From Podarcis pityusensis (taxonomy: Eukaryota): a stretch of DNA of 64,000 bases. Below are positions 13,086-26,808 of this stretch, one piece after another. The notes under the pieces are model-generated. The model saw nothing but the letters and a program-made list of their open reading frames with translations. It was not told the origin of the DNA and did no database searches. A program made the position numbers and the translations under genes. The DNA lies in assembly GCA_964106645.2 (NCBI GenBank), contig OZ067041.1; one strand, written 5' to 3'. The stretch's first letter is position 1. Each line of letters starts with the position of its first letter.

Positions 13086-13444
13086 CAGGGGTCGGCAACG
13101 TGCGGCCCATGGGCTGGATGCAGCCCACGAAGACCATTTTACCGGCCCATGAGCCACCCCCGAACCAAGCCACCCACTCGGTGAGTCCCCTGCGCGCTGC
13201 GCTAAACACACACAGGCACAGGGACCTGCTGAGCGGCCCCAGAAGTTGCATCTACACACACACAGATCTCGGAAACCGTGTCTGCGCATGTCCAGATGCA
13301 GAAAATCACTTCTGCACAGGTGCGATTTTTGGCGTCTGGGCATGTGCAGGAGCGATTTCCAGCACCGCGCTGTGCCAGTTCGGCCCATGGATGAGCTCCA
13401 TGGGAGTGATCTGGCCCATGGCCGGTAAACCTTGCAGACCCCTG
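13086..13444. mobile_element. Complete non-autonomous hAT DNA transposon (MITE, 359 bp)
   Basis: TIRs CAGGGGTCGGCAA / TTGCAGACCCCTG; perfect 8-bp TSD CTGTAGGC at 13078-13085 and 13445-13452. Confidence 0.92.
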
Positions 13445-16400
13445 CTGTAGGCTATAGTTGGAGATTGCTTCTTTAATGTTTCCCCATCTTCCATTATGTT
13501 GCTCCATTGGCCCTTGAACATCTTGTGCTTTTGCTTCGAATGGATGCATGGAAAGGAATATGTATTTCAGAATAAGGTCCCACTTCATTTTGTATTTTAG
13601 CTACATTAATCAGCAGATTGAGAGATACAGATATTTTAGTGATTGTTTTACTCTGTTTGCAGTATAAATTATTATTAAACAGACAAATAAAAACCCAGTG
13701 TAAAAGAAAGATAGCTTTTGAATTCAGTAAAAACATGATCTATTTTTGGTATATAGAGCATGAGGTTACAGATGTTTATATTTACATTTTAGCTAGGAAT
13801 GATAGAACTTTAAATTTTGTATCTGTGATGCATGGGAAGGGATTTTTAAATATTTTTGGTGCTTCCATAATAAGCAACCCTGTCAGAAATACTGTAGAAC
13901 AGAGTAAAATGAGTATACTAGGCACAGTATAATACTTTATATAAACTGAACAATTCAAAATCAATCCATTTACTCTTGGGCAGAATCTTTAATGTGTATT
14001 CAGTCCTTCCATTTGCCTTGGGTTGGAATGGATAATAATAATAATAGGATGTTTCTGAAGCCCTTTAAGATTTTCTAATTTGTATAAAAAGTTAAAATTA
14101 AAAGTACATTTTGTATTGCATGTTTATTACCTATATTATCCCTTGCTCTAACATACACATACCAGGATGAAATCTGGTTTCTTGCTTGGTTGAAGTGATG
14201 CTCATAGTTTAAGAAGGCTTAACTGCCCTTTTACAGGCTTGGTGGTGATATAAAAATGGTATCCATTAGTTTTAGAAGAATGTAGTCATGCCTTATACAG
14301 CATCACAAGCCCATGCAGAAGCTTTCTTCTTTCCTCTTGAAGTTATAAATCTAACATGCAGAAAATCAAATCATTTTTCCAAATAATGTATCTCTCCCCC
14401 ACATAAAATAACTTTTCATATAGCAAGCTTTTCCGTTAAGGAGAATATATTCCCTATTTCTCCCTGTTCTATCATTTTTTATGTGATCCTCTTTATAGGT
14501 TCACCTTTTGGTTTGTTTCCCCCCCTGATGTATTTCAGCTTTTGATTTTCTATAACACAATGGTTGACAGCACCACACTCTGTTTCAATGACAGATTGTG
14601 GTTTGCTTTTGCTTTTTAATGATTTTGCGAGAAGATAACCCGGCACACATTTTTTTGTTTATTTTATACCACATATCCAAAGTTGTAAATTACTGATGGT
14701 ATCGTATTTGCTATTACTACCTAGTTGTCTTACTTAAACCATAGATTTTTAGTATTGTGCTTTCTTTATCATTCAGTAGTTCATCTTTGAATTATTTGTT
14801 TGTCTTTACAATTGCAAATACTATTTTCTAACAGCTCCATGTTTCATTAAACACTGATGTGGTGTTTAACTTTTACATTGTTTCATACCTGGATTTAAGA
14901 GGCAATAAATAGTGAAAAGCATCTACACATCCTGCTTTGTTCATAAGATCAGTAACAGAAAGCTACTTTAAAAAATAGTGGAGTTTGATTATGGAAAGAC
15001 ATTGTGAAGATTAGGTTAATTTCTCCACCAACCGTTTTCCATGTCAGCCACAGTGCTGGAGCAGATTGTCTCCTCCTGAGGTTTCTCAACTCAATTCCTC
15101 TGGCTTTTACATACTGCATTTTGCAGACCCAGATGCAGTCCTGTAGCAGTATTTCTATGCATGTCTTACAGGAGGTTTAAATAAAACTTTTAGAGTTTTG
15201 TTGAACATTTTATTGGAGAACAGTGGAACAGTTAGTTATTAATAGAGCAAGGTGCAAAATTCCTAAATGTTGTGATTTTGCTTTGACAAACTATGATTGC
15301 TTTTTATTCTCTTCCCCACCCCTTTTAACAAACATATTTTGTGTTCTGTAAGTTTTTGCTTTATTTGTGGTTACTGGACTTTAAATAATATCCAATATTT
15401 GATTAGTTTAACTGTTGCTTACATTCCTTATGCCAGCCTTTCAGACTATTGCAAATATTTATCAACCTTTAAGAAACTTTATTTGCTTGCTTCTGCAGCA
15501 GCAAGGCATTCACTCGCTAAATGTGACTTTTCTCTCTGGTTCTTTAAAACTAAAAAAGAATACTTTGAATTCAGAGCTACAGAATGATTCTGAATGTGTG
15601 TGGGGGGGGGTAACCATTTCCACAACATCATAAGAGAATGGAGGACTAGACACAATTTGTATATACTAAGTTTTATGCATAGATACAAGTTCAGAAATAA
15701 TTATTACTCCACTTTCTCCACTTAATCCTGTCTCTACTTTTGTGTTTATATGACTGTACTAAGGGGCCAGCGAGGAGGAAAGCAGTTGGGGATTTATATG
15801 CAGAAGGAGGTGCATTGAAGAAAAGTAATCTCTCTAATTCAAGAGCCTCATATATAAGACTCTTGGAGTCCCCCTTTGGGTCCATTGCACTCCTACCAAA
15901 CTTCACACAATTCAATTCTTTTCAGGGCAAAAAAGTCACAAATGACAGGCTGGTGTAGTTATTTCACAAGATGAACCGCAGTTGAAATAGTCTCAGCTTG
16001 CATTTAAATTGCCTTAATACAAGCTTCCAACAAGTTTTGTCCTTGCATTGAGGAAGTGAAAAAGGCAGGTATTAGAAAGCAGATCCTCTTTCAAAAGCTT
16101 TCTTTCTTTTTGATCCTTGCAGTGTTGTCCTGCCTCAGATATGGTACCAGAAATTAAATGCTTGCAATAGGTGGTAGGCATCCAAGGCCAGTCCTAGGAT
16201 TTTGTGGTCCCTTGGCCTTTTCCAGTGTTAGAAACTGAGATATGAAAGCTAGGAGCTAAATGGCACTTTAAATTAGGTTATGGGCAAAACAAATGGAATG
16301 TCTAGGCGCGGTTTTTTTAATAACAAGAATACAAAGCTGAAAATGAATGAGCTGCAGCTAAAATATTATGTTCATTTTTCACGTGGTCTAGTCCTCCCCC

Positions 16401-19188
16401 TGCCCACCCCCCTAATATTCTTAAGAGGGTCTCTTCTCCAGTCTTCAGAGAGTAGCTGGAAGTGGGGATGCAGAAAACAGTCCTCCTTTCCTTCCACTCT
16501 GCAGTTTTAATCTGAAATCTTCGGTGCAGTACTGCGCCCAGAGCTCAGAAACTGCTCGTGCTAATGAAATTCCCTGTCACAAAATGCGTGTAGAACAATG
16601 GGAGTTTTGAACACTGGCCTTTTCTCCTCCCTCTGAAATTATACCCCTCCCTTTCTGGATCTTACTGTAGAACTACCATCACTTAATAAAGAGGTGGGCA
16701 GACTTCAGGCTTATGTGATTTACTTTGTTTTTTACCAGAGACATGACTTTGTTTTTTACCAGAGCCTGTTGCAATGGGGATATATTTAGAATTTAAAATT
16801 CTGAGCCCAGGAATTTGTTTTGCATACCAGAACTGATTTGGGCTCCCATGCTGTCTGGTACTGCTGGGAGTTGTAGTTCAACAACATACTGAATGCACTG
16901 CATTAGTATCCCTGGCTTAAGGCACAAAAATGTCAGTATTTGAAGCGGGACAGCTGCAGATAGAAGTTGTTGTATGCAGCGTAGTAGCGACATTTTTATA
17001 TAGGGAAAAGGGTTAAAAAGGTGCTGAAACTTGTTGGGCCTAGGAGGTATGTGGTATATGTGGTGTGCAAGAAAGAGAAGTTATAAATAGTATGTAGAGT
17101 GTGTTTGTGAGAGTGCCCTGTGTTAGGTAACTGACAGCATAATTTTGGCTGCGTGGTGTGTCATGGTATGGCATGGTGATTGGGGCAGCACAGAGGTTGG
17201 TGGCGTAAGTTCTAGAAAAAAGCCCTGATCCTAACCATGTCTGTTCAGCAGTAGGTATTATTGAATTCCATGCAGTTTACTTCTGTGTCAGTGGAATTTG
17301 GATTGTAGCCAACAAATAATAGAGTGGTGGCAGAAAAATACAATCAGAGATTCTGGGATGGCAGCAGCTATGAATTAGGCAGTGGGTGAACTGGACACCT
17401 GAAAGAAACCAGGCAGATGAAGGTCAGGGTCAGCCTGAAGACCCTAGGACTTATGCTTGTGGAGCAGGGCTTCCCCCCTCTTCTTGCCCATGCATCTCCT
17501 TCAAAATTGTCTCCTGAGGGGTCAGGAAACCCCCCCAAACAGCATGCTGGGGGCAGAGGGGGGTTGTTCTGTCTAGCAAGCTGAAATGCTTGCATGGGTG
17601 TGGGTGTGATAGAGCAACTCTGAATTCCACTCAGTGTTCAGTATTTGTCTACGTATGTTTCACAGTCTCTGTGTTGATCCTGTGTTGTGTGACATCTCAG
17701 AGTTGCTTAAAAATATTTATCCTGCCTATCGATTTACATGCAACATGAGCATGCCTTCACTGTTGTATTTAGCAGGCAAGGTTTTGAGTTGTCTGCCCCT
17801 AGTCAGGGATTTTAAAAATGGAACTGTTCTTCCCCAACTTGGAAGGTAATGCACCTTTTCAAATCAAATTCTGAGTCTTATTTTGAAATCTGTCAAACCC
17901 CCAATAGCTCCATTTGATGTGTGACCCATCAGTAATAGTGGGCAGCATGCCAGAGGAGGGGGAATATAGAGAACCCTACTTTGTCCACAGCTGAAACAGG
18001 AAAAAAAGTAACAAGAGTTTAGTGTGGGGACAGGGGAATTTGTTGACTGGAAGACAGAAATTGAGGGAAGTTTAAGTTTGCCCTGTTTTTTTTATTTTAA
18101 ACCAATATTAATAATTGCTGCACTTGTAATGCTTGGTGTTTTTTGGTTTTTTTTAAATCAAATTTGCCTGAAGTTTTTAAGGCAACATTTGGTCTAGTAG
18201 CATTTTTAGTACATAATTAATAAATAAATGTGACCTTCTCCAAAACTGCAAGAGAGATCATTCTCTTCATGCTCTGTGCAGGTTATGCTGCTTCCTGAAT
18301 TTTTTTATAATCTGGTTATATACTAGATGATGAATATACTCTTAAGTGATTTTCTTTTCCTACAAGATTTAAACTGCAAAATAACAGAGCACACTTTCAT
18401 GGACAAAATACAATTCCCTTCCCCCAAAACACAGCTACAAGACAACATATTTAATCCCAATTCCCAAGCCATGGCTAAAATGTCTGACATCTATAAGGCA
18501 TTGTCATCTCTTTTCCTTACATGCTCGAGGGAATGTTGATTGGTTCAAGCATTTCAATAGCACATAAGTCACACTATTATTTATTTCATTATCTCAGTTC
18601 AAACTTCCTTGTATTAACACTTAAAGCCAAATAATGTCAATCAAAATTATTTTTTTAAAAATCGGTAATCTTAACACATGTGTTAAATTATAGCCAGTGA
18701 TCAGTAAACTGTTTTCAAACTACATCTTAAACTGCACCATAGCTCTGTGGTAATGTCTTAGTAAAATGTGTACTGTTGTGTTTGTTTTAATGATATTTTA
18801 GCAATATCGACCTCAGCATTTTCAGTTAACGAAAGGGTATGTTTCCTCCAGGAAAACTAGTGTTGTTTTAAATGGTAATTTTAGCAGCTGGATGCAGTCA
18901 TGAATGCGGACTTATTTGTTACCTCTTTGGATTCTCTCTGAATTCACCAGTGTAAAATAGTAAAGGCAACTCACAGTTCTTAACTTGAAGCATGATGCTT
19001 TTTAGTTTATATTTCCAGAAACTATTGCTTTATCATCTGTGACTGTAAACCCTATGTGTAAAAAGAAAGTTGGGAGAAACTGGCACTGAGATCAGCTGTG
19101 GTAATTGAATGAACAGTTTCTCTTTTAGATCGTTTTCTCTTTGGCGTTCAAAATGGTGTCTATATTATTCTTCTATCTGGCTTTCTGG

Positions 19189-19254
19189 GTCATAGAATCA
19201 TAGTTGGAAGGTACCACAAGGGTCATCTAGTCCAACCCCCTGCAATGCAGGAAT
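19189..19254 (-). mobile_element. 3' tail fragment of a CR1-tailed SINE or CR1
   Basis: CATAGAATCATAGTTGGAAGG..GGTCATCTAGTCCAACCCCCTGCAATGCAGGAAT is the reverse complement of a CR1-type 3' end and matches the tail of the 46079 element. Confidence 0.65.
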
Positions 19255-20998
19255 ATGTGGATAATAATGTGTTTCTGGATCTAGTGCAATTTATTCAAGA
19301 ATTACAATACTTAGCTGGCATCCCATTATATACCCTACCTCTGGTATGTATGCTTGCCAATTCTTTTGTAAGTGGGGAAAAAAGACCACCATTCACTTTT
19401 GTATGTTAATACATTTATAAATATATTCATAGTCTAAAATTGTTCAAAGTTCTGTTTTTGGAATAAACTTTTAAAGAACTGACAAAAAAATATTAAAATG
19501 AGCAAGAAGAAAGCCTGATAGCATGATGTGCTGTATTTGATAGCAAAACTGTATGTAATAACTAAAAGTAACTAAAAACATTGAGTTTCATAAACTAACC
19601 TCAAAGACAGACAGTTGCTGTTTTCATTTGGAGTTTTTTACCCTGATAATTACCGAGTATAGTAATTTAACAGGAGACCCTGAAATCATTCAGTTGAGTA
19701 AGGATTTATTAGTAGAAAGTGAGGTGTGCAGCTGAATGCTGCTGCCCTGAACTTACACTGATGCTGGTTTATGAAAACTTAATTTTGACTCCAAACCCAG
19801 GATTTGAAATTCTTGTTTGAAACTCAGATCCCCGTTTACAAGAATATCCTGGTAAAATTTTGAAGTTTATATCCCAACAGGCATGACTCATAGAATCCTT
19901 ACATTATTCACTGTTGCAGCCCTGCATTAACCATAGTTGTTAATTTTGGTGCCTACATAATGCTGGAGCATGTCAAGATGACAGGCAAAAACAATGCACT
20001 GAGTGTTACATCTTCACCATGGCATCTGAATTGATCGTACTGTTCAGCTGTTGAACAGTTGTCCAAAGCTTACCTTTTTGCACTCCTTTGGCCCTCCCAA
20101 GTTGGAAAAGGCAGCTTTTCTAAGGTCCTAGAGCACCTAACCGACAATTTAGTCTTACGAAAGATCAGGTACAGTATATAGATAAAGCATAGCTAGCTGT
20201 ATTCAGAGAAAGACCATGTTTTCAAGCAGGCTTGAAATCATAGTGTACCACAGTTTGCCAATTTGGACAAAACAGTAAACCAAAAGCAGAAGTGAAAGCT
20301 TCCAAACTCCTCATCCTGGCTACATGGAAGGATCAGGAAGAAGAGGAGGTATACCACATTTGTATGACATTTGGAAAATAATATTTATTAAAAGCCAGTG
20401 TAATACTAGCCAAATATTTTAAGGAAATGGCATAATAAATGGATTATTGAAGGCCAGTTAAATTCAATTTGACTTTCATCCCAGTGTGGCTATCCTATTG
20501 GCCCATAAAACGGTCAAAATCGGTTTTATCTGGTTCATTCAGTTTTTATTTGGTTCAGTGGGAATCTGGTCTACTAGCTCTCTATAATGCTATGGACTCT
20601 GTATGACCATATTTTTCCAAGCTCTAACCACTTTTCAATATATTTGTTATATATTTTTTTAAAAAATTAAGCCAAGTGTGTTGGATAAGCAGAATTTGGC
20701 AGAAGATTCCTTGGACTATCCTAAACATTTTACTTTATAGGCAGCTTAATATGCATCAGGATAGAACATTAGCCATTGATACATCATATTCAGCCAGCAT
20801 TTTCAATTGAGCCTGAACAACTGTTGACTGACTGCTCTTTTCATAAAATATGATCAATAGCAAACTGTAATAGTCATGCTGTACATAATAAGAGAGACAA
20901 ATCTTCCATGCCAACATTTAATATTTATTATTTTATTTTTCTATCAAGTTGAATCACTTATTATTTCACCCTTGCTCTGAAGATCAGCATTAAACCAC

Positions 20999-21092
20999 CT
21001 TCTTCTTCTTCTTCTTCTTCTTCTTCTTCTTCTTCTTCTTCTTCTTCTTCTTCTTCTTTTTCTTCTTCTTCTTTTTCTTCTTCTTCTTCTTC
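20999..21092. repeat. (CTT)n trinucleotide repeat, about 31 units with 2 interruptions
   Basis: Direct inspection. Confidence 0.92.
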
Positions 21093-21652
21093 AACAATGG
21101 TGGGTTGTGGGGGAGTGGCTGGCTATTCATGCAATTAAGTAAGCACCCACTGAACTGCCTCTTTGCCTGACCTCATTTTATGTTCATAGAAGCAGGTATG
21201 TTGAGCGTGTGGCAGCAGGTTTCCTGTTCACTTAAAGTGGAGGTGGGGAACCCTTTTCAGCCTGAGGACTGCATTCCCTCATAGATAGCCTTCCCGGGGG
21301 ACATTTGGATTGTGGGAGGGGATAGATGTAAAACTAGGCAGAGCAGTAGGTGTGTCTCTTACCATTGTAGAGTAGGCTGCATTGCAGCAAGGCAAAAATC
21401 TGAGATTCTACATACACACTTCTCCCCATCCTGCATCCAAGCAAGTTATCAGACTTGCAGGAGACATTGCAACCAGCCAAAAGAATTCAAGGGTGCAGAG
21501 CCAGGACTGTTAAGGAGGTATAACAATATATCTCTGTTGAATTTTTTTTAAAAGCATAGTGAATGTGCTGCAGTTTGAGTTTCCAAAGAGTAATCCTTTC
21601 ACGTACTATGTGAAGTTCTTGAGAAAATAACTATTCCTAATTGTGGTGTTAA

Positions 21653-21960
21653 GGGACGCGGGTGGCGCTGTGGGTAAAACCTCAGCGCCTAGGACTTGCT
21701 GATCGCATGGTCAGCGGTTCGAACCCCCGCGGCGGGGTGCGCTCCCGTCGTTCGGTCCCAGCGCCTGCCAACCTAGCAGTTCGAAAGCACCCCTGGGTGC
21801 AAGTAGATAAATAGGGACCGCTTACCAGTGGGAAGGTAAACGGCGTTCCGTGTGCTGCGCTGGCTTGCCAGATGCAGCTTGTCACGCTGGCCACGTGACC
21901 CGGAAGTGTCTGCGGACAGCGCTGGCTCCCGGCCGCTAGAGTGAGATGAGCGCACAACCC

Positions 21961-21995
<35 letters not shown>

Positions 21996-22569
21996 TTTAT
22001 TTATATCCCGCCCTCCCCAGCCGAAGCCGGGCTCAGGGCGGCTAACAACAGTCAAGTAATCAAAAAATCAAATAATCACACAATCTAAAAATATTTCATT
22101 ATAAAAATTAATTAAATCAAATTGATGGCAACCAATTAAGCAAAGTTCTGTGCAGGTTGCCAGAGGAGGGAGTCAGGCTGCGCCCTGATCAAAGGCCTGG
22201 CGGAACAACTCTGTCTTGCAGGCCCTGCGGAAAGATGTCAAGTCCCGCAGGGCCCTAGTCTCTTGTGACAGAGCATTCCACCAGATTGGAGCCGCAGCCG
22301 AGAAGGCCCTGGCTCTAGTTGAGGCCAGCCTAACCTCTCTGAGGCCTGGGACCTTGAGGATGTTATTATTTGCAGACCGTAGGTTTCTCTGTGGGGCATA
22401 CCAGGAGAGGCGGTCCCGTAGGTACGAGGGTCCTAGGCCGTATAGGGCTTTAAAGGTTAAAACCAGCACCTTAAACCTGATCCTGTACTCCACCGGGAGC
22501 CAGTGCACCGGGAGCCTAGAGTCTGTCAAGACTGGCCCATAGGGGCAGGGGTACCTTTACCTTTACCTT
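21653..22569 (+). mobile_element. Full-length Sauria SINE split by an L2 insertion (SINE parts 21653-21960 and about 22516-22569)
   Basis: tRNA head GGGACGCGGGTGGCGCTGTGG..GGTTCGAACCC, (ACCTTT)3 tail, 13-bp TSD TAATTGTGGTGTT at 21638-21650 and 22570-22582. Confidence 0.92.
21961..22515 (-). mobile_element. 5'-truncated L2-clade LINE (ORF2 C-terminus, 3'UTR, (TTA)n tail)
   Basis: ORF 22173-22529(-) HWLPVEYRIRFKVLVLTFKAL..YL..LRS..RAFS.AAP..WN.L..KTELFRQAF is the typical L2 ORF2 C-terminus. A 3' stem-loop and a TTA-repeat tail are present. Confidence 0.9.
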
Positions 22570-25500
22570 TAATTGTGGTGTTGAGATTTAAATGCACCTT
22601 CTGCAGCAGGGCTGGCTCAAGACATTTTGTGGCCAGAGGTGAAGGACAAGATGGTCTTCTTTCCCAAGGCATATGCAGATGCCAACTGGACTGTAGTTTA
22701 ATCTTACTCTAATGCAGTAAAGGAACTGTATCTTCCACTGCTCTTGAAGGCAGCAGGCTAGCATAGGGGTGCAGGACAGGCTGCATGGCACTCACAGCTC
22801 TGGCCACTCCCTGCGCTTCAGCATCTGCTGCCTGAGGCAGGTGCCTAACTTTGCCTCTTCCTAGAACCAGCCCTGTTCTGCAGGTAGAAATAGGCAAGTG
22901 TGTATTGTTTTAGCTGCCATGAACAATATGACTTGGTTGTGGTCAGGCGAGGAGCAAACAGAAGTAGAAGTGCAGCATTAGAACTACCCACCAAAATGTC
23001 ACCACATACGTAACAAACCACCCATTAAAAACATGTACTAAAAAGCTTCTAGACCAGCAGTGACAGCAGAAGTGTTTTTTTTAAAATCAGATTTTAAATC
23101 TGGATTAAACAAGTATAAATGATAGGCTGGAATTTTGATGATAACAGGCTGTGGATGGTAAAAAATATATGTATGTGAGCAGCACTGATTTCAGAATAAA
23201 CTGTCTGGAAGCACTCTTTATTACAAGTGTTTTGAAGAGAGTGACATGATATTATGTTTTATTGGGGTGGTTGGGTTTTGGAGTAGGTTACTGTAGGAGA
23301 CTGATAATACTGATAATTCCTATATTTAACAATTTTTAAAAGCAGCCTAATTTCAATCATGTGTATGGATCAAGCATACAGCTTCATTGCCACAGCTTCA
23401 TATGTCGTGAACAAGCCTCAGACATATATGATGGGTGCCTTTCTGCTGCATAATTCAAGCACTATCAAATTAGCAAATTTACTGGCAACTTCTACTTATA
23501 AAAGAGATCCAAATTGAGAATGTTTGTTAAGAAAAACATTTCATTGAAAAATGCTAGTGGGAGGGAAGTGGACAGAGGTTGAGGGGTTGTTACATTGTAG
23601 CTGCATGTAGTAAAGAGCTATGAGCGGTGGCTGTACTGTGGGGGAAAAGGTCTCCAGCAGAGAAAGCAAATGGAGGAAAAGAAAGGGGTGGGGTAGGTGA
23701 ACGTGGAGCTTGTACATGCTGTAGTATCCATGTAAGGGTATTATTAATCCAGATATGCCAACTAATTGCTGTTTTTGTATAAAGTTTTACTGAGTTTAGC
23801 TCTCCTCCTAACATTATCATTTACATTACTTAAAGAGCATTGAAATGCTTTTTTTTCTTTCACCAGATGCTATTTATATGTTAATCCGTATTATCTCACT
23901 TCTCTTTCTCATTTGTAACATAGTATTCTTGCTTCTTCCCTCTGTCCTTAATTAAAGCATTCTCTTTTTTTACACATCTGCACAATGAAATTGCAGTCAC
24001 AGTGCCTTGGCAAAAGAGGTCTTTATTAATTTGCTTTCATGATAGATTTATTGTCTATGGGATTGTTTAAGTACCCTAGTTTATTCTAAGCCACATGAAG
24101 GTTTGTGAGGCACTTTCTATTATGGTGAGGCAGATCTGGCAGGAAGGAACAATGCCGAAACAATACACTAATGAGCAGCCTATTTAAAAGGTGCATGGAA
24201 GTCTGTAACAGGAATACAGCTAATACCTAATGAAGGCTAGTAGTATTAAGAAGATAAGGTATTTTAGCAGACATTCAAAATGAATACTCTGAAAGCTGCA
24301 GTCTAGATATTGTGATGCTTGTCTATTTGACAGCTAAATGGTGATATGAAGTGAGTTTTTTGCTACTTTTTTATATTAAAAAAGGTGGGCAGGAGAGTAC
24401 TGTATCTCTGGGTGCTGAACTCTTTCATGGGAGTTTTCTGCACTTCCCATAATATTTACCAGACATGAGAAATAGAATGGAGGGAAAGTCAGAAGAGACC
24501 TATGAAGTGAAAAGAACATTTTGTGTGTGTGTGGTGCTTAATCAGGATTGATATGCAAGGCTTTCTTTGTGAATGCTAACGTCAGGTGTGATGGTGCAAC
24601 TTCAAAGGCTAGCACCTTTTATTCTTTGCTCTGTCCCCATGAAAAGAAGCAGTGTCTACAAGGCAAGGAGAAGCATGCACCAGATCTAGAGGCACATTTT
24701 TGTACAGTATACGTTTTGGCACATTCATCCCTGATATGCAAGATGAGGCCGCATTCTGTAGCATAGAGGCATGATGGTAATAAAAGGCCACCTGCCTGCA
24801 TTCCATCCCATGCTGAAGCATAAGGGGCTCTCTGGGTTTATTTCAGAGCTTATATATTTCGGAGCTTATATAGTTTGTTGTTTTTAAATGGAAGTGGGAT
24901 GAAGAAATATTTTAATAAAGATGTTGTGGCACTTCTGTTCTCAACCCATCTTTACTTGGGCGAGATCCCATTCTGTCCCTGTTCATTGTAACTTCTAAGG
25001 GGCACCCTAAGTGCTCAGTTTTTAAATGAAGTGAAATGGTAGGCTTGGGAGGAATCTGATGCGGCAAAGAACAAGCACAAAAGTAGGTGAAAGTGGCGTT
25101 GGTGTTGGCTCTTTATAAAGCTGCATTGTTCTCTGGTGCATCACGGGGTTTAGTTCCTACATGCAAACCCTGGCAGAAGTCCCTCCCTCCCTCCCTTCTC
25201 TGTGTCTATCTTTTTTCCTCCCTTAAGTCCTTCTCCTTTTCCCTTTTCAAGTACTGTACTCTTTACAAAAAGCCTGGCAATCCCAAGACGAAGGAGGGGG
25301 GTGGGGTTGGGGGGGAAAGGGAGATTTCCTAATTCATATCTTTAAAGTAACAACACTTTAGTCTTGCAATAGTACTGTGCATCATTTTGGCCATAATCCA
25401 GCCAAACAAAAAAATATCTTAATGCCATGAATTTCAATAGGAAAAAGTTTAGGAGGTGCTTAAATCTCCCTTGAAATCACTGACACAGCGCAATCTTATA

Positions 25501-25788
25501 CATGTCCACTGAGAATTGAACCATGGTGAGTTCAGTGGGACTTGCTCCTAGGTAACTAGATATAGGTTTGCAGCCTTAATGGTACTTAACTTTGGCTGGT
25601 TTCTGCCCTTTATGTGTGAAGCATATCACATGAGAGCAGTGTTGTTAATATTAAGGATAGCCCTTTCACGGTTACTGGTTTAATTCCTCACATTTAAAAT
25701 GAAGAAAATATTTTAAGTTCTTATTTAAAGTGAATCTTTAGTTTATCTGTTCACCAAATACTGTGCCATTGCATCAATTATGAAATAA

Positions 25789-26025
<237 letters not shown>

Positions 26026-26687
26026 TAAATAAATATTTAATAATAATAATACTTCATTGTTAGTTTCCCCCATATTGTTCCTCCACCCCTTATACTGTTC
26101 ATTTTCAGGCTTGTACCCAGAATATGACTCTAGGAAATACCATTGTTTAAGCAGGAGTTTTGTGAAAGAAATAAAATAAAATAATACACCTGAAAGGAAT
26201 GCAAGGTGGAATACATGATTCTCCCTCTCCCCATTTTATCGCCTCAACAATTCTGTGAGGTAGGACAGGGAAATCTTTTTAAATAAAAACAACAGGGAAA
26301 TGTTATGAGCTTCAGTGAAATTTCCCCTTAATTTGGATATGGAAACATTTTAAAGGGAAGTTGCACACCATAGTTTCTTTTATTTTTTTCCATTTGAAAA
26401 TTGTTTTCAATTTGCTTGTTAAGCTTGACAGTTTTGGGTTCTGTTCGGGTATATATTGAGGATGTAGTTGAAAACCCTCTGAATCATAGATCTTGCTTCT
26501 GGAAATATATATGTTCTAAGAAATGTTTAGTTGCTAACATCATTATATGAAAATATGCAAAATGCATACACATAAATACATGGCTTTCAGGAGGAAGACC
26601 AAAGACAAAAAAGATTTTAAAATAAACAGAATAACATCATCAGAATGAAATAAAAGCTTCCCCCCTTTCAATTATATGTCTCATATG

Positions 26688-26808
26688 CAGGGCTTTTTTT
26701 CAGCTTTTTCCCGGCACCTCTCAGGTGGGCACCATTGCCATTCTAAGAGGATGAGGGAAGTGCTCATGGTGAGTTCCGGCACCTATTTTTTCTAGAAAAA
26801 TAGCACTG
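26688..26808. mobile_element. Short MITE (hAT-like)
   Basis: Imperfect TIRs CAGGGCTTTTTT / AAAAATAGCACTG, internal repeat CCGGCACC x2, flanked by CATATG on both sides. Confidence 0.6.

Noticed and set aside
21653-21730. tRNA gene (A/B boxes); same at 38992, 6038 and 46079
   Set aside because: These are SINE heads continuing into SINE bodies, with TSDs in two cases, and no cloverleaf is evident.
14400-25330. Repeat-free stretches with SOX or homeobox-like motifs (about 14500-14700, 23850-24050, 25050-25200) as enhancers
   Set aside because: Short motifs alone are not evidence. Conservation or chromatin data would be needed and are not available here.
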